From contig OZ076420.1 in NCBI GenBank assembly GCA_964187785.1, positions 8,184,001 to 8,248,000 on the forward strand: DNA of 64,000 nucleotides. Reading direction: 5' to 3'. This DNA is from Amphiscolops sp. MND2022 (Eukaryota). Shown here one piece after another: positions 1 through 13,314 of the stretch. Every line of letters starts with the position of its first letter. The first letter of the stretch is position 1. The notes under the pieces are model-generated. The model saw nothing but the letters and a program-made list of their open reading frames with translations. It was not told the origin of the DNA and did not search any database. The translations under genes and the position numbers were made by a program.

Positions 1-80
1 TCTGCTGCAGTTGGACCAGCAGCGGAAAGAGATCGAGGCCGAGATCGCCCAACTGAACGAGTTGCTCAACGCAGAAATAG
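1..80 (+). CDS. PSMD9: PSMD9/Nas2 (26S proteasome assembly chaperone p27), 5' coding exon, begins upstream of the window
   Basis: The frame from position 2 reads LLQLDQQRKEIEAEIAQLNELLNAEI-G, matching the PSMD9 N-terminal helix pattern (K/R-x-E-I-E-A-E-I). GT donor at 81, phase 1, joins in frame to the exon at 7679. Confidence 0.85.
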
Positions 81-954
81 GTCTGTCTCTCCCATCACCC
101 TCCGCCCTCTCCTCATACTACTACAACTACTCTCTGTGCCCTCTTCCCACGAAGGGTGACCTTCCATCGCACAGAAAAATAAACACTGCCTATAAATAGT
201 ACTTACACAACTATACCCCGAAAAAAGTTCAATATTTATTTTCTATAATCACTACAGCCAGTCTCGTTTAAATACTCAAAGGGTGTTATTAAAGATCATT
301 TAAAGGAAGTCTTTCAAATAAATGGTCCATTCAATGAAAACCAATGATATAAAAAAGCTTGGAATGGGTATGAATAGGCGCCGCGTTGAATAAATATTGA
401 AATGATAAAAAACGACATGAGTAAATTGCCTGGAATTGCCCGACGGTAGTTTTTAATTTCGTTCGAGGTGAAATGTTCTTATTATGAAAGAGTTTACATT
501 TTCGATCATCTAGGTTTCGTTTTTTTTTCTGAAGAAGAGGTTCAATAATATCTTTCTCAATGATAAAATACAGCCATAAATGGTGACAAAACATGGCAAA
601 ATGATACTGACAAAGCATTCCAAATGAGGCATGTGATAATCCTCTTCCTCGGAGTTCTCTTCAGATACCAAAGTTTCATCTAAGTTCGTTTCACTTCTAT
701 AGAATGGTTTGGCTGGCTGTCTTAAGATCTTTCATTTTAGAGGCTTGGAGAGGATAATCCTCCTTTTCTGAGTCTGAATTCTCATTACAAGATGCGCGTA
801 CTCCAATAGACTCGCATCTAGTTTATCCTCCATCTCTTCTCTCATTTTCATAATCCTATCATTGTTCTTTTGCTCGAAAATCTCGGTCCATGCTTGAATT
901 TCATTACCTAACTGGCTAGGTTCTGTTAGTTGAGGCCTTAGTTCAAAATTCTCT

Positions 955-1990
955 AAATTTCCTTGAATATTAGAACATCAATTTGAGCGTCATTACCTTG
1001 GTTTGATACTTCTACCTGTGTTTCACTGGAGTCTCTTTCTGGTGATGGGGTACCTAATCTTCTAGACCTTCTATTTCTTTTGTTTCCCATCTTGCTCAAA
1101 AGAAAATCGTGTTTTGGTTGCTGGGGAAGAATTTGAATTTATACAAAAGAATTCTCCAAAGACAATTCAAAAATGAGACAAAATGCTAGTCAAAAGACTG
1201 CTTTCACAAATATCAGGTTGAGGTTTAAGCAACTGGTCAGTCAGAAAATCACGAAATGAATGTTCCCTTCAGTTATATCCTTCCCAAAAATATAAAAAGG
1301 ATGACAATCGTTTTTTCTGATATCATCATTTAAAGAACTAAAAATAGTATAACGTCAAAATCACATCATTCTATTTATATTCTTCAAACTATGTTATCAT
1401 GGCATCCTAAATATTATCAAGGGACTGTAGAAACCTAGAAAAGTAATGCTAAATGCTGTATGAAGCGTTCCAAACGCTATCAAATGAAGTAAGTGATACA
1501 TGACTGCAAAATGCTGAGAATACAGCTGAAAACGTATGTTGACGTATATGCGGTATCCTTTGTGCCGCATGGTAACGTATATAACACACAGACATCAGTA
1601 TCCAAAAACGAACAATATCGAATACACATTACAATTCACATAGCATGATTTTTTGAAATTCTACTGAATAAAAGCATGGTGACGCATATGCGACATTGTA
1701 TTAACTGCTTAACAACGTATAGTAACATTACAAAAGCGTATAATGCTGCATACACGGTTTATCTAAAAACGTATATTGACGTTTAGTTAAATGAGCAAAA
1801 GTAACTTTGGAGGACCTAGAAAATGGTCCAAAAACAAATTCATCTTTAAGAACAAACAATTAATTACATGATAAAACAACCCACCATTGAGATGAGTTTT
1901 AGTGGGGTTTAAAATGTTTGTTTATTGGGTTTCATCGGACGTTCCTCTCCTATGGCTGCGCTACGGAACCATCGCATCTCGAGGGTTGCG
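955..1990. repeat. ~1-kb direct repeat, copy 1 (LTR-like on the minus strand)
   Basis: Aligns by eye with 4825-5827, with internal indels. Both copies end at tgcgaca, which reads TGTCGCA as a start on the minus strand. Confidence 0.75.
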
Positions 1991-2004
1991 ACAGTTCCGC
2001 ATTT

Positions 2005-2995
2005 TTAAAGAGGAACAAAGCCGCTTCGAAACCATGTATGAACGCTCTGGATCTGCTCTCTCAGTGATTGCTGTCTTTGACTGTCTCGCTCCCGTATTCT
2101 GTGGCCACCAGAAATTCCCCTAGCGTCTCTAGTGCAATCTGGTCGTAACATTAGCCACAGAAGTCGCAGTAACCCGCGGCATTTGCCATTACCGCGGGTA
2201 TCAGCCGGATACTTTGCCTCACTTGCGCGGGTATAAGCAGGAAATTCGTAATATGAGTGGCGTTGAATGTGAACCCCAACTGTACCACGGGTTTGCTTCG
2301 GCTGTGGGGGATGCTGGGTCCCATGGCCAGTTTCACTCATAGTGATGGGAAACTGCATCGGGGAAAGGTTGAAGCCCGGAACATTTCCATTCATAATTCT
2401 TTGTTGTGGAGCCGTGTTACCTCGGGTCTCTTGTTCCATTGGCTCACTTGTTTGCTCGTGTTGGTAGTTTGTTAACCGTGGCCTGTGATTAGGCGGGTAC
2501 ACTCCTACTGGCCGTGGCAGAATTCCTCCGCTGTCGAGACCTGTCCTCGGAGTTGGAGGACTTGTAGCAGTGGGGCGACCATAACTGTTTGTAGTTTCGT
2601 TAGGCCCGTTACCCATCGTTCATGGGAATAAGTTCCCTTCTTCGAATTCACTGTCTATAAAGGAGCTTGAGGAACCCGTTTGCTCACTCTGAGGGGTGAG
2701 GGGCTCCAATCAGTTCCATAAGATCCCTCTCCAGCTGGGTTCCCGATGCAATGGTCACTGCATCTTGTTCCAGAGATGCATTTGTATCAGGGAACCGAGT
2801 AGCCGTTGTTGCTCCCACAAATCCAGACTTCAGGTTGCTCCCGGCCGGGTTTATCCGGAACCTTTCCTCCAGTTGGGTAGTATCTCCAGGCGTGATGGAG
2901 AATACATCTTCTGACTCACTAGAGATGTCGACCTTATCGGGTGATACGGGGGAATATAGACAATCCTCGTCGACATTAAATTGGAGTTTATTCAT
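2005..2995 (-). pseudogene. Degenerate retroelement-type ORF (Pro/Ser/Thr-rich), family not assigned
   Basis: Adjacent 103-aa and 203-aa minus-strand ORFs lying between the two direct repeats; no catalytic motif recognised. Confidence 0.35.
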
Positions 2996-4824
2996 TTTCC
3001 ACTATTACAGATAGTTATTTTGAGTTCTAAGTTTTCGAAAGTTTTACAAAGCGACTGACTTGCAGTTTTACAAAGACCATATGGTGAATACCTCGTTCGG
3101 GTTTTTTTGATTTTGATGAAACCCTGCAGAAAAATTGAGTGCCATGGTTGCGTGGGTGTAACGAAACCTTTTATGGGATGGGAATGACGAATTGCCATAC
3201 ATGTAAGACGTCAGGCTTGAGTTTCTTTCCATAGAAGTAAATAAACAAAATAGGTGTGAGTTCTTTCACATCTTCTTCGATCGGTAATTTCTTTTTGATC
3301 TCCCCAATTTTGTTTCAACAAAATTTGACGTTAACAAAATCATCGTGGTTTAGGATTTCACAAAATGAACAATTCGATAACTACATGTAATTTTATTCAG
3401 GAACATTTATGAATTTATATCAAGGAAAAAAACATGCTACATGACTATTTTAAGGTTCTACGAAGTTTTGAAACACATAACTATACTATGGCATATCATT
3501 GGGTGTCCCGCACTTGAAAAGTGCACAAACTCTTGTGATGAGTATGGGCATCAAACAATTCGTATATGAAATTCGCTTCCTTTCAACACAAACACTGCCG
3601 CATACTCGTTTGTACAAGAATACGTATAATACCGCATACCTGCCATCACTCGATGTGAATATCATTGTATGCTTGTTTACTTTATGACGGCATATCACCA
3701 CACACGCAAATCCACTGGTTATGTAATATTCAGTATAATTAATCTTGCTTCCAAAGTGGATATTAGCACGTGTTCTTTTAATTAAAATTCCGCATAGCGT
3801 CGTATAAGTTGCCTCCCATTTTCCGCATGTTGCTGTATAATCACTATTGTAAACCCGCATACTGCAGCTTGTACATTTGTAGTAGATCCGCATATTGCCG
3901 CGTAATCTCATTTGTAGCTCTGCACACTGCATCATTCACTATCTTGGTAATTCCGCATACTGGAATACCGTTTGATACTAGTATTACTGCATATTCGTGT
4001 TCTGTAATCCGCATACTTTCGTATGTACGTCACTGCTTGAACCGTATGGATATGCACTGAAGTCTATATATTTTACGTCAGTTAATCATCTTCTCTTTGC
4101 GCACAAAGTGAAAGCGATTTGTGGCTGTCAATTAAATATTCCATCGCCCTGGCAGTGGTGATTGACACTTTAATTGACCAATCAGCGTTCAGATCGCGCA
4201 ACCATATTTAGCTAATACACGTTTCATTCGCTTTTTTGCCTCGTTTTGTTACGCCACGCCTTTTATTATCTCACCAGTTTCTTCAATATGTCCAGTTTTT
4301 AAACGTTTTAACCAGCCCTTTTGTCATATTTTAGAGCCAGTTCCAGTTATTAGTCTTTTCTTCTCGTACTCATTCCAATTTAGCATTTCCCATTTAACTA
4401 GCTTCCTGCTCATGTTGGCTTTTGTATTTAATTGTTAGCATTTTGAATTATTAAACATACATCCTACACCCTCTGCAATTACTTATTTGAGAAATGGACT
4501 CGAATTCACGGCGGAAAACCCGGAAGGATATGCTGTCACGCAGGCATTTCACTCCTTGGGGCTATAAATCTCCCACATCAGCTATTCCATGTACATTCGA
4601 CTCATTTTACTTTTTCGAGCGAATTTTGCTTCTGTTTGAATTTGTTTCCCGATCGGTAAGATGAGAAGCTGGCCAAGCTAAATCTATTTTGAAGCTAGTG
4701 TTCGAACAATAGCTATCATTTGTATTAGTGGAAGTTTATCAACTTCCGGTTTGAGTTTTTGTGATTTCCGATTCAGTTTTATTTCCGTTTTCTTCCGGTA
4801 AAACCAAAATAGATCATTTGTTTT

Positions 4825-5827
4825 GAAATTTCCTTGAATATTAGAATCGACATCAATTACAACGTCATTATCTTGGTTTGATGTTTCTACCTGTGTTTCA
4901 CTGGAGTCTTTTTCTGGTGATGGGGTACCTAGTCTTCTAGACCTTCTATTTCTTTTGTTTCCCATCTTGCCCAGAAGAAAATCGTATTTTGGTTGCTGTG
5001 GAAAAATTTGAATTTATTATCCAAAGACAATTCAAAAATGAGACAAAATGTTAGTCAAAAGACTGCTTTCACAGATATCAGGTTGAGGTTTGAGCAACTG
5101 GTCAGTCAGAAAATCACGGAAGGAATGATCCCTTCAGTTATATCTTTCCCGGAAATATAAAAAGGATGACAATCGTTTTTTTGATATCATCATTCAAAGA
5201 ACTAATAGTATAACGTCAAAATCAGATCATTCTATTTATAGCCTTCAAAAACGAACAGTATCGCATACACATTACACTTCACATAGCATGACTATTTGCA
5301 ATTGTACTGCAGAAACCGCATGGTGACGCATATGCGACATTGTATTAACTGCTTAACAACGTATAATAACATTACAAAAGCGTATAATGCTGCATACACG
5401 GTTTATCTAAAAACGTATATTGACGTATATTCAAAAGCACACAATGCTGTAAATACGCAAGACAAGTTTATGTATAGTGACGTATACAAAATACTCCAAA
5501 AATGAGTTGACGCTGGTACGTCATACCATTTACAAAATAGTTACGTATAATGTAATTCAAAAGTCTTAGATTGATCACTTTTATGTAATCTTTGCACGTG
5601 TTGTGCTTTATGAATAAGATTCAAATGAGCAAAAGTAACTTTGGAGGACCTAGAAAATGGTCCAAAAACAAATTCATCTTTAAGAACAAACAATTGATTA
5701 CATGATAAAACAAACCACCATTGAGATGAGTTTTAGTGGGGTTTAAAATGTTTGTTTATTGGGTTTCATCGGACGTTCCTCTCCTATGGCTGCGCTACGG
5801 AACCATCGCATCTCGAGGGATGCGACA
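4825..5827. repeat. ~1-kb direct repeat, copy 2
   Basis: Shares blocks with 955-1990, including the MGNKRNRRSRRLGTPSPE coding remnant and the aaatgagcaaaagtaac...gcgaca terminal ~200 bp. Confidence 0.75.
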
Positions 5828-7678
5828 AGGCTTTTGCTGACAAAACAATGAATACTTTCCAATATTATCAAACACTGTGGCATAAGTCCCATAAAAATCA
5901 CTAATTCTTCTCCTTGTTCGGTTTAAAGTCATTTTATTGCTACGCAACATGCTCTGGGCACAAAATGAGGAGCGTTTTAGGATCTAAATATGGAATGTTT
6001 GCGGAGTTGAAACATGAACACGAATTACATGTTATATTAGTTTTATAGATACATGTGGTTCGACGATTGAAGTACAAACGATACGTGTTACTTTAAAAAC
6101 TTTAAATCAGTTGAACCGGGAGAAGTAAGAACTGCGGCTAATTTCACGACCGATCGGACAAGGTTTCCGCACGTAGTTGTTACTTCAGCAGAGCAGAGCT
6201 GGCATCACTGCTAAAATTAGGTTCGACGGCATATGCGGAAGAAGAGTAGCCTCTCGGACTTGTGGCTTCTACGATCCAAACGAGATTTCCGGTTTTTGGT
6301 TGTCTTTCGAATTGTTTAAATTACTTTGCGCGACGATTCAATGTCGCTACATCTTTTTTCAGCCACCTGCGTCAAATAGCGTCACAAAATTTTTTCTGTC
6401 AAGCGTCTGTTGCCAAGTCTTTTGCTTGAAATTTCTCACTAACCAGACACGGCCATTGTGTGGCGCTCAAGGAGAATTGAGCATCATCTGATACCTTTTT
6501 TGACTTTGAAGTCAGTGATTGCTTGCTGATTTCAATCGAGAACGTTCTAAAGTGGTTGCGATACAATTAGTTCCCTTGTAGTTAGGCACCTGAGGAGAAA
6601 TCCCACTGCTTTTCCGCGGAGCGGGTAACAGTCGTCAAGGGGATCAAAGTAGTCTGAAGCAATATTCTGAATGATAGAGATGCAAGTGCAAGGCGTTCTT
6701 TTGGCACATCCATTGTCGATGAAGTTCCGCTTTGTGGTCGCGACAACTTACGAATGTGGATTGTATTGTTATGAGAATAACAATGGGCCATGTCTGTTAT
6801 GAGAAGGGAAGCTCGAGTATGTTGTAACAACTGGTAAGATAATTGGCAAACGTTGTAAAGGCAGGCAATAGTGACAATTGTGGAAATTTAGAGACCAGAT
6901 CGGAGAATGGACTGCGGGCTCTAACAACAGTGCCATTTTAACCCTTGCGAAATGCAAAGACTAGATGGTAGCAGCCTTTTCTATTTCCATGGTACAGCAA
7001 AGAAGAATAGGAGAGTGGCAGGTGTGCAGGAGCGCGGTTCTAGAATGTTGTTTTTATTCTTTCTGCGATATCAGGAATATTATTGAAACCTCAAGATATT
7101 TTTTCAGCAAAATTTTTGTCGGTGACACTTAAAAATTCAGATATTTTGTTTGGCGGTGAGTATAAGCGTGAGAATTAAATTTCTCAAGCTGCCGACAACA
7201 ATTCGTTTCTCGTGCGATGGAACGAGCGAGTGGTAATTATGTATTCGTACGTCGAATTCATTGAGATGAAGCGAACGAGTGTTAATCATTTCGTTCACAG
7301 ATAGCTTCGCCTGCATTCAAATGCGAATGCGAAACTTCGTGTACTCTTAGTAGTTTTATTTTCTTTAATCCGAGAGTTAAAGGCGGTGTAAACTGGTAGA
7401 GTCGTTAATTGTGTGCTAAAATGATAAACAAAAGTGTATTGATGTTCCAGATATGATTCTATTATCAATGAAAGATTAAAGCAGAAATAGTTTGCCCGGA
7501 GGGGCCTATTTTCTGAATAATTTTTGTTGGGGTTGAGAAAAGAGCTTCTGTGTTCTAACAAGAAGTGGTGTAAATATTGGTCAATTTGATACTTTCTGCG
7601 AGCAAAACCTGTGTGGTTTGATGAAACTAATCCTGCACTTTATATTTCTCGTGTGCTGTAGCTGTGACTCAATTTCAG

Positions 7679-7897
7679 GCGCGGGTCTACACGGACCCCT
7701 TGTGGACGCAGAAGACTACCCCCGCAGTGACATAGACGTGCAGCTGGCCCGCATCTCAAGACACAGGGTGGCGTGTCTGCAGACTGACCACAACCACGTC
7801 ATGACTCACATCCAGGCCAAGTAGCACCAGCTGCACGCCCTGGAGAGGAGCAGACAACACCCACACCCCCACCAACACAGCGGCAGCACATCAACAG
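7679..7897 (+). pseudogene. PSMD9: PSMD9 middle exon (Nas2 N-domain) with in-frame TAG at 7822-7824
   Basis: GAGLHGPLVDAEDYPRSDIDVQLARISRHRVACLQTDHNHVMTHIQAK*HQLHA matches the PSMD9 motif GPLVD-x-EGYPRxDID...LQNDH...LHQLHA. The stop replaces the conserved Leu. Donor GTAAG at 7898. Confidence 0.9.
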
Positions 7898-8539
7898 GTA
7901 AGAAGCCACCTCAGTACGACGACAACCACGCCGTTGGCACCCACCGCTAGTTGTATAAACGGTTTAGAGACGCTTGATTGCTCGTCAACGCCGCTATTTT
8001 TTTCCGTTTGTTATTTTTGTCGCCTGAAATTAGACAAGTGAGGGACAAGACTAATGCAGCTACAGCTTGCATATACAATATGTTGCTTCACGCTCAGTTT
8101 TTCTTTCACAGAATGTTTCTAGTTAGAGAAGAAGCGGTTTTCGAGTCCTATGGACATCCCTTCGGTTTTTTGACACTGTAAACAGTAATTTTTACAAAAA
8201 GTGTCCCTTTGCTTATTTAAATTTTATCTCGGTTTGAATCTTATATAGGTGCCCTTCCTGGCTTGTCATTGAATGTTTCCTGCTGCCATGCTCCGATTTT
8301 TACCACACTGAATAGTAAATGTTCTACAAGGTCTTACAGTGTTACGTCTGAGCTTTCTAATGCTGATCTTAATTCTACCCCTTGCAGACATTTGCTGATT
8401 CTCAAAGGGCAAAAACGATTCGACCTCGAATGTGGAAATGTTTTCTGATTTGTACAAGAACTGAAATTGAATGTTTTTCTGACAGTGCGTTGAGGTGTAT
8501 CTTCTGATTGTGTGACTATTAATTGTTGTTCATTGACAG

Positions 8540-8919
8540 GTAGCAGTAGTGTGTCGTCACAGAGCCCCCCTTCCCCCAAGCACAGATGTGAGACAGATCC
8601 CAGACCTTTCATGCCTGGCCCTCAAGCGGCGCCTTTCCTGAGAGTGCAGCAGGTGATTGAGGGCTCTCCTGCCGCCCGAGGGGGACTGCGCAACCAGGAC
8701 TTGGTCATCCGCCTGGGCAGCATCACTGGCAGCAACTTCAGTGGCAACCTCAACTCTATCGGCAGCCTGTTGGCGGGTTATCAGGGCCAGGTGCTCGGAG
8801 TGGAAGTGCTGCGAGAGATTGCACCCAACAACCCCCTCAGACTGTCGCTCACTCCACAGGTGTGGTCAGGCAGGGGCCTGCTCGGCTGCAAGATGCTCCA
8901 TCTCGTCCCTCCCCCCTGA
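8540..8919 (+). CDS. PSMD9: PSMD9 last coding exon, PDZ domain
   Basis: Acceptor cag at 8537-8539, phase 1, in frame. PFLRVQQVIEGSPAARGGLRNQD...LSLTPQVWSGRGLLGC matches the PSMD9 PDZ C-terminal signature (LxPxxWxGxGLLGC). Confidence 0.92.
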
Positions 8920-9784
8920 CACACACCAGTATCTCCCAATCTTTGCAATCACAAAACCCCAACCCTTCGCCCCCCCCCGAACATTTTCATTTTGTGCAGC
9001 TTGTCAAACACACAGTTTGATATTTCTTCTGAAGCTGTCATAGAACTGTTTAGAATAATCAAATTCTCGTTTTTATGTATATGTTCTTATTCGTTTGAAG
9101 TCAGATTTTATTGCACAGAGCCGATTTTAAATAGCGCTAGTTTTAAGCTAACCTGCAAACCTCTGATTCCAAAACGAATAATTCGTTCTACTTTTCTCTT
9201 GAAAGATGTTAACTTGGGTATTGTTCCGAGATACGATGAGAAATAAAATTATATCTTAACCGGATGAAAAGAAACTCCTTTGTAGGCTACAAGTGAAATT
9301 GGTAAAGTTGCATCTGAGAAACACCTCTTCCCAGTTGATCGAGTACTTTCAGTTGCAGTCAATCAAAACGCTGATACGGAAAATCATACCATTTGTAGAT
9401 TGAGTCTCGACATTGGATAACGTCAAATGGAGTTCCCGATATCAAAGCGAGGCAAGTAAACAGCCTCTTGCGCAAGATGGTCCAAAAACGTTGTTAGCGG
9501 ATCAGTTTTGATCCAGAAGAAAAGTATTCGAGACAATCGTCGATTTTTTGGAAAAACAAGTGAACTTTTGAACGTCATGGCTCAAGTAAAATTAAGGTTC
9601 AAAGCTGAAAAGTTGCAAAATGACTCCATTTGAGACTGGGAAAGTGGATGGATCTGTGAACATCGGGTGACAAAGGGTCTGCTTTGGATGCAGTTCTAGC
9701 TCACAAAGAGTTGAGTTGGTAACTACTATAAACATTATCGATCTTCCCTAATACTTCTGTGGATATTGGCTTTTCAGTGAATTA

Positions 9785-10093
9785 ATGACGCTGAGTTTGG
9801 TTGAGAAACAAGATGATACTAACTCGATAATTGAGGGCTCTCCTGCCGCCCGAGGGGGACTGCGCAGCCAGGACATGGTCATCCGCCTGGGCAGCATCAC
9901 TGGCAGCAACTTCAGTGGCAACCTCAACTCTATCGGCAGCCTGTTGGCGGGTTATCAGGGCCAGGTGCTCGGAGTGGAAGTGCTGCGAGAGATTGCACCC
10001 AACAACCCCCTCAGACTGTCGCTCACTCCACAGGTGTGGTCAGGCAGGGGCCTGCTCGGCTGCAAGATGCTCCATCTCGTCCCTCCCCCCTGA
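9785..10093 (+). CDS. Junction-created 102-aa truncated-PDZ ORF, unit 1
   Basis: An ATG in the tail of the previous unit is in frame with IEGSPAA...; expression unknown. Confidence 0.4.
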   Translation: MTLSLVEKQDDTNSIIEGSPAARGGLRSQDMVIRLGSITGSNFSGNLNSIGSLLAGYQGQVLGVEVLREIAPNNPLRLSLTPQVWSGRGLLGCKMLHLVPPP

Positions 10094-10965
10094 CACACAC
10101 CAGTATCTCCCAATCTTTGCAATCACAAAACCCCAACCCTTCGCCCCCCCCCCCCCCCGAACATTTTCATTTTGTGCAGCTTGTCAAACACACAGTTTGA
10201 TATTTCTTCTGAAGCTGTCATAGAACTGTTTAGAATAATCAAATTCTCGTTTTTATGTATATGTTCTTATTCGTTTGAAGTCAGATTTTATTGCACAGAG
10301 CCGATTTTAAATAGCGCTAGTTTTAAGCTAACCTGCAAACCTCTGATTCCAAAACGAATAATTCGTTCTACTTTTCTCTTGAAAGATGTTAACTTGGGTA
10401 TTGTTCCGAGATACGATGAGAAATAAAATTATATCTTAACCGGATGAAAAGAAACTCCTTTGTAGGCTACAAGTGAAATTGGTAAAGTTGCATCTGAGAA
10501 ACACCTCTTCCCAGTTGATCGAGTACTTTCAGTTGCAGTCAATCAAAACGCTGATACGGAAAATCACACCATTTGTAGATTGAGTCTCGACATTGGATAA
10601 CGTCAAATGGAGTTCCCGATATCAAAGCGAGGCAAGTAAACAGCCTCTTGCGCAAGATGGTCCAAAAACGTTGTTAGCGGATCAGTTTTGAATCCAGAAG
10701 AAAAGTATTCGAGACAATCGTCGATTTTTTGGAAAAACAAGTGAACTTTTGAACGTCATGGCTCAAGTAAAATTAAGGTTCAAAGCTGAAAAGTTGCAAA
10801 ATGACTCCATTTGAGACTGGGAAAGTGGATGGATCTGTGAACATCGGGTGACAAAGGGTCTGCTTTGGATGCAGTTCTAGCTCACAAAGAGTTGAGTTGG
10901 TAACTACTATAAACATTATCGATCTTCCCTAATACTTCTGTGGATATTGGCTTTTCAGTGAATTA

Positions 10966-11274
10966 ATGACGCTGAGTTTGTTTGAGAAACAAGATGATAC
11001 TAACTCGATAATTGAGGGCTCTCCTGCCGCCCGAGGGGGACTGCGCAGCCAGGACATGGTCATCCGCCTGGGCAGCATCACTGGCAGCAACTTCAGTGGC
11101 AACCTCAACTCTATCGGCAGCCTGTTGGCGGGTTATCAGGGCCAGGTGCTCGGAGTGGAAGTGCTGCGAGAGATTGCACCCAACAACCCCCTCAGACTGT
11201 CGCTCACTCCACAGGTGTGGTCAGGCAGGGGCCTGCTCGGCTGCAAGATGCTCCATCTCGTCCCTCCCCCCTGA
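10966..11274 (+). CDS. Junction-created 102-aa truncated-PDZ ORF, unit 2
   Basis: Same structure as 9785-10093. Confidence 0.4.
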   Translation: MTLSLFEKQDDTNSIIEGSPAARGGLRSQDMVIRLGSITGSNFSGNLNSIGSLLAGYQGQVLGVEVLREIAPNNPLRLSLTPQVWSGRGLLGCKMLHLVPPP

Positions 11275-12135
11275 CACACACCAGTATCTCCCAATCTTTG
11301 CAATCACAAAACCCCAACCCTTCGCCCCGAACATTTTCATTTTGTGCAGCTTGTCAAACACACAGTTTGATATTTCTTCTGAAGCTGTCATAGAACTGTT
11401 TAGAATAATCAAATTCTCGTTTTTATGTATATGTTCTTATTCGTTTGAAGTCAGATTTTATTGCACAGAGCCGATTTTAAATAGCGCTAGTTTTAAGCTA
11501 ACCTGCAAACCTCTGATTCCAAAACGAATAATTCGTTCTACTTTTCTCTTGAAAGATGTTAACTTGGGTATTGTTCCGAGATACGATGAGAAATAAAATT
11601 ATATCTTAACCGGATGAAAAGAAACTCCTTTGTAGGCTACAAGTGAAATTGGTAAAGTTGCATCTGAGAAACACCTCTTCCCAGTTGATCGAGTACTTTC
11701 AGTTGCAGTCAATCAAAACGCTGATACGGAAAATCATACCATTTGTAGATTGAGTCTCGACATTGGATAACGTCAAATGGAGTTCCCGATATCAAAGCGA
11801 GGCAAGTAAACAGCCTCTTGCGCAAGATGGTCCAAAAACGTTGTTAGCGGATCAGTTTTGAATCCAGAAGAAAAGTATTCGAGACAATCGTCGATTTTTT
11901 GGAAAAACAAGTGAACTTTTGAACGTCATGGCTCAAGTAAAATTAAGGTTCAAAGCTGAAAAATTGCAAAATGACTCCATTTGAGACTGGGAAAGTGGAT
12001 GGATCTGTGAACATCGGGTGACAAAGGGTCTGCTTTGGATGCAGTTCTAGCTCACAAAGAGTTGAGTTGGTAACTACTATAAACATTATCGATCTTCCCT
12101 AATACTTCTGTGGATATTGGCTTTTCAGTGAATTA

Positions 12136-12444
12136 ATGACGCTGAGTTTGTTTGAGAAACAAGATGATACTAACTCGATATTTGAGGTCTCTCCTGCCGC
12201 CCGAGGGGGACTGCGCAGCCAGGACATGGTCATCCGCCTGGGCAGCATCACTGGCAGCAACTTCAGTGGCAACCTCAACTCTATCGGCAGCCTGTTGGCG
12301 GGTTATCAGGGCCAGGTGCTCGGAGTGGAAGTGCTGCGAGAGATTGCACCCAACAACCCCCTCAGACTGTCGCTCACTCCACAGGTGTGGTCAGGCAGGG
12401 GCCTGCTCGGCTGCAAGATGCTCCATCTCGTCCCTCCCCCCTGA
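12136..12444 (+). CDS. Junction-created 102-aa truncated-PDZ ORF, unit 3
   Basis: Same structure, with IEG changed to FEV at the junction. Confidence 0.4.
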   Translation: MTLSLFEKQDDTNSIFEVSPAARGGLRSQDMVIRLGSITGSNFSGNLNSIGSLLAGYQGQVLGVEVLREIAPNNPLRLSLTPQVWSGRGLLGCKMLHLVPPP

Positions 12445-13314
12445 CACACACCAGTATCTCCCAATCTTTGCAATCACAAAACCCCAACCCTTCGCCCCCC
12501 CCCCCCCGAACATTTTCATTTTGTGCAGCTTGTCAAACACACAGTTTGATATTTCTTCTGAAGCTGTCATAGAACTGTTTAGAATAATCAAATTCTCGTT
12601 TTTATGTATATGTTCTTATTCGTTTGAAGTCAGATTTTATTGCACAGAGCCGATTTTAAATAGCGCTAGTTTTAAGCTAACCTGCAAACCTCTGATTCCA
12701 AAACGAATAATTCGTTCTACTTTTCTCTTGAAAGATGTTAACTTGGGTATTGTTCCGAGATACGATGAGAAATAAAATTATATCTTAACCGGATGAAAAG
12801 AAACTCCTTTGTAGGCTACAAGTGAAATTGGTAAAGTTGCATCTGAGAAACACCTCTTCCCAGTTGATCGAGTACTTTCAGTTGCAGTCAATCAAAACGC
12901 TGATACGGAAAATCATACCATTTGTAGATTGAGTCTCGACATTGGATAACGTCAAATGGAGTTCCCGATATCAAAGCGAGGCAAGTAAACAGCCTCTTGC
13001 GCAAGATGGTCCAAAAACGTTGTTAGCGGATCAGTTTTGAATCCAGAAGAAAAGTATTCGAGACAATCGTCGATTTTTTGGAAAAACAAGTGAACTTTTG
13101 AACGTCATGGCTCAAGTAAAATAAAGGTTCAAAGCTGAAAAGTTGCAAAATGACTCCATTTGAGACTGGGAAAGTGGATGGATCTGTGAACATCGGGTGA
13201 CAAAGGGTCTGCTTTGGATGCAGTTCTAGCTCACAAAGAGTTGAGTTGGTAACTACTATAAACATTATCGATCTTCCCTAATACTTCTGTGGATATTGGC
13301 TTTTCAGTGAATTA

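Larger units (their letters stand above)
81..7678 (+). other. 7.6-kb intron of PSMD9 filled with degenerate repeats
   Basis: GT at 81 and tttcAG at 7673-7678. Phase-1 splice gives EI-G-AGLHGPLVDAEDYPRSDIDV. Confidence 0.8.

Noticed and set aside
3486-4070. Cys/Tyr-rich ORFs suggesting zinc-finger or viral proteins
   Set aside because: They arise from low-complexity catac/tacg-type degenerate repeats, similar to 1480-1780 and 5250-5560; there is no consistent motif spacing.
6580-6960. Possible LINE endonuclease or CHY zinc-finger remnant on the minus strand
   Set aside because: Only scattered residues match, in different frames; not supportable without a search.
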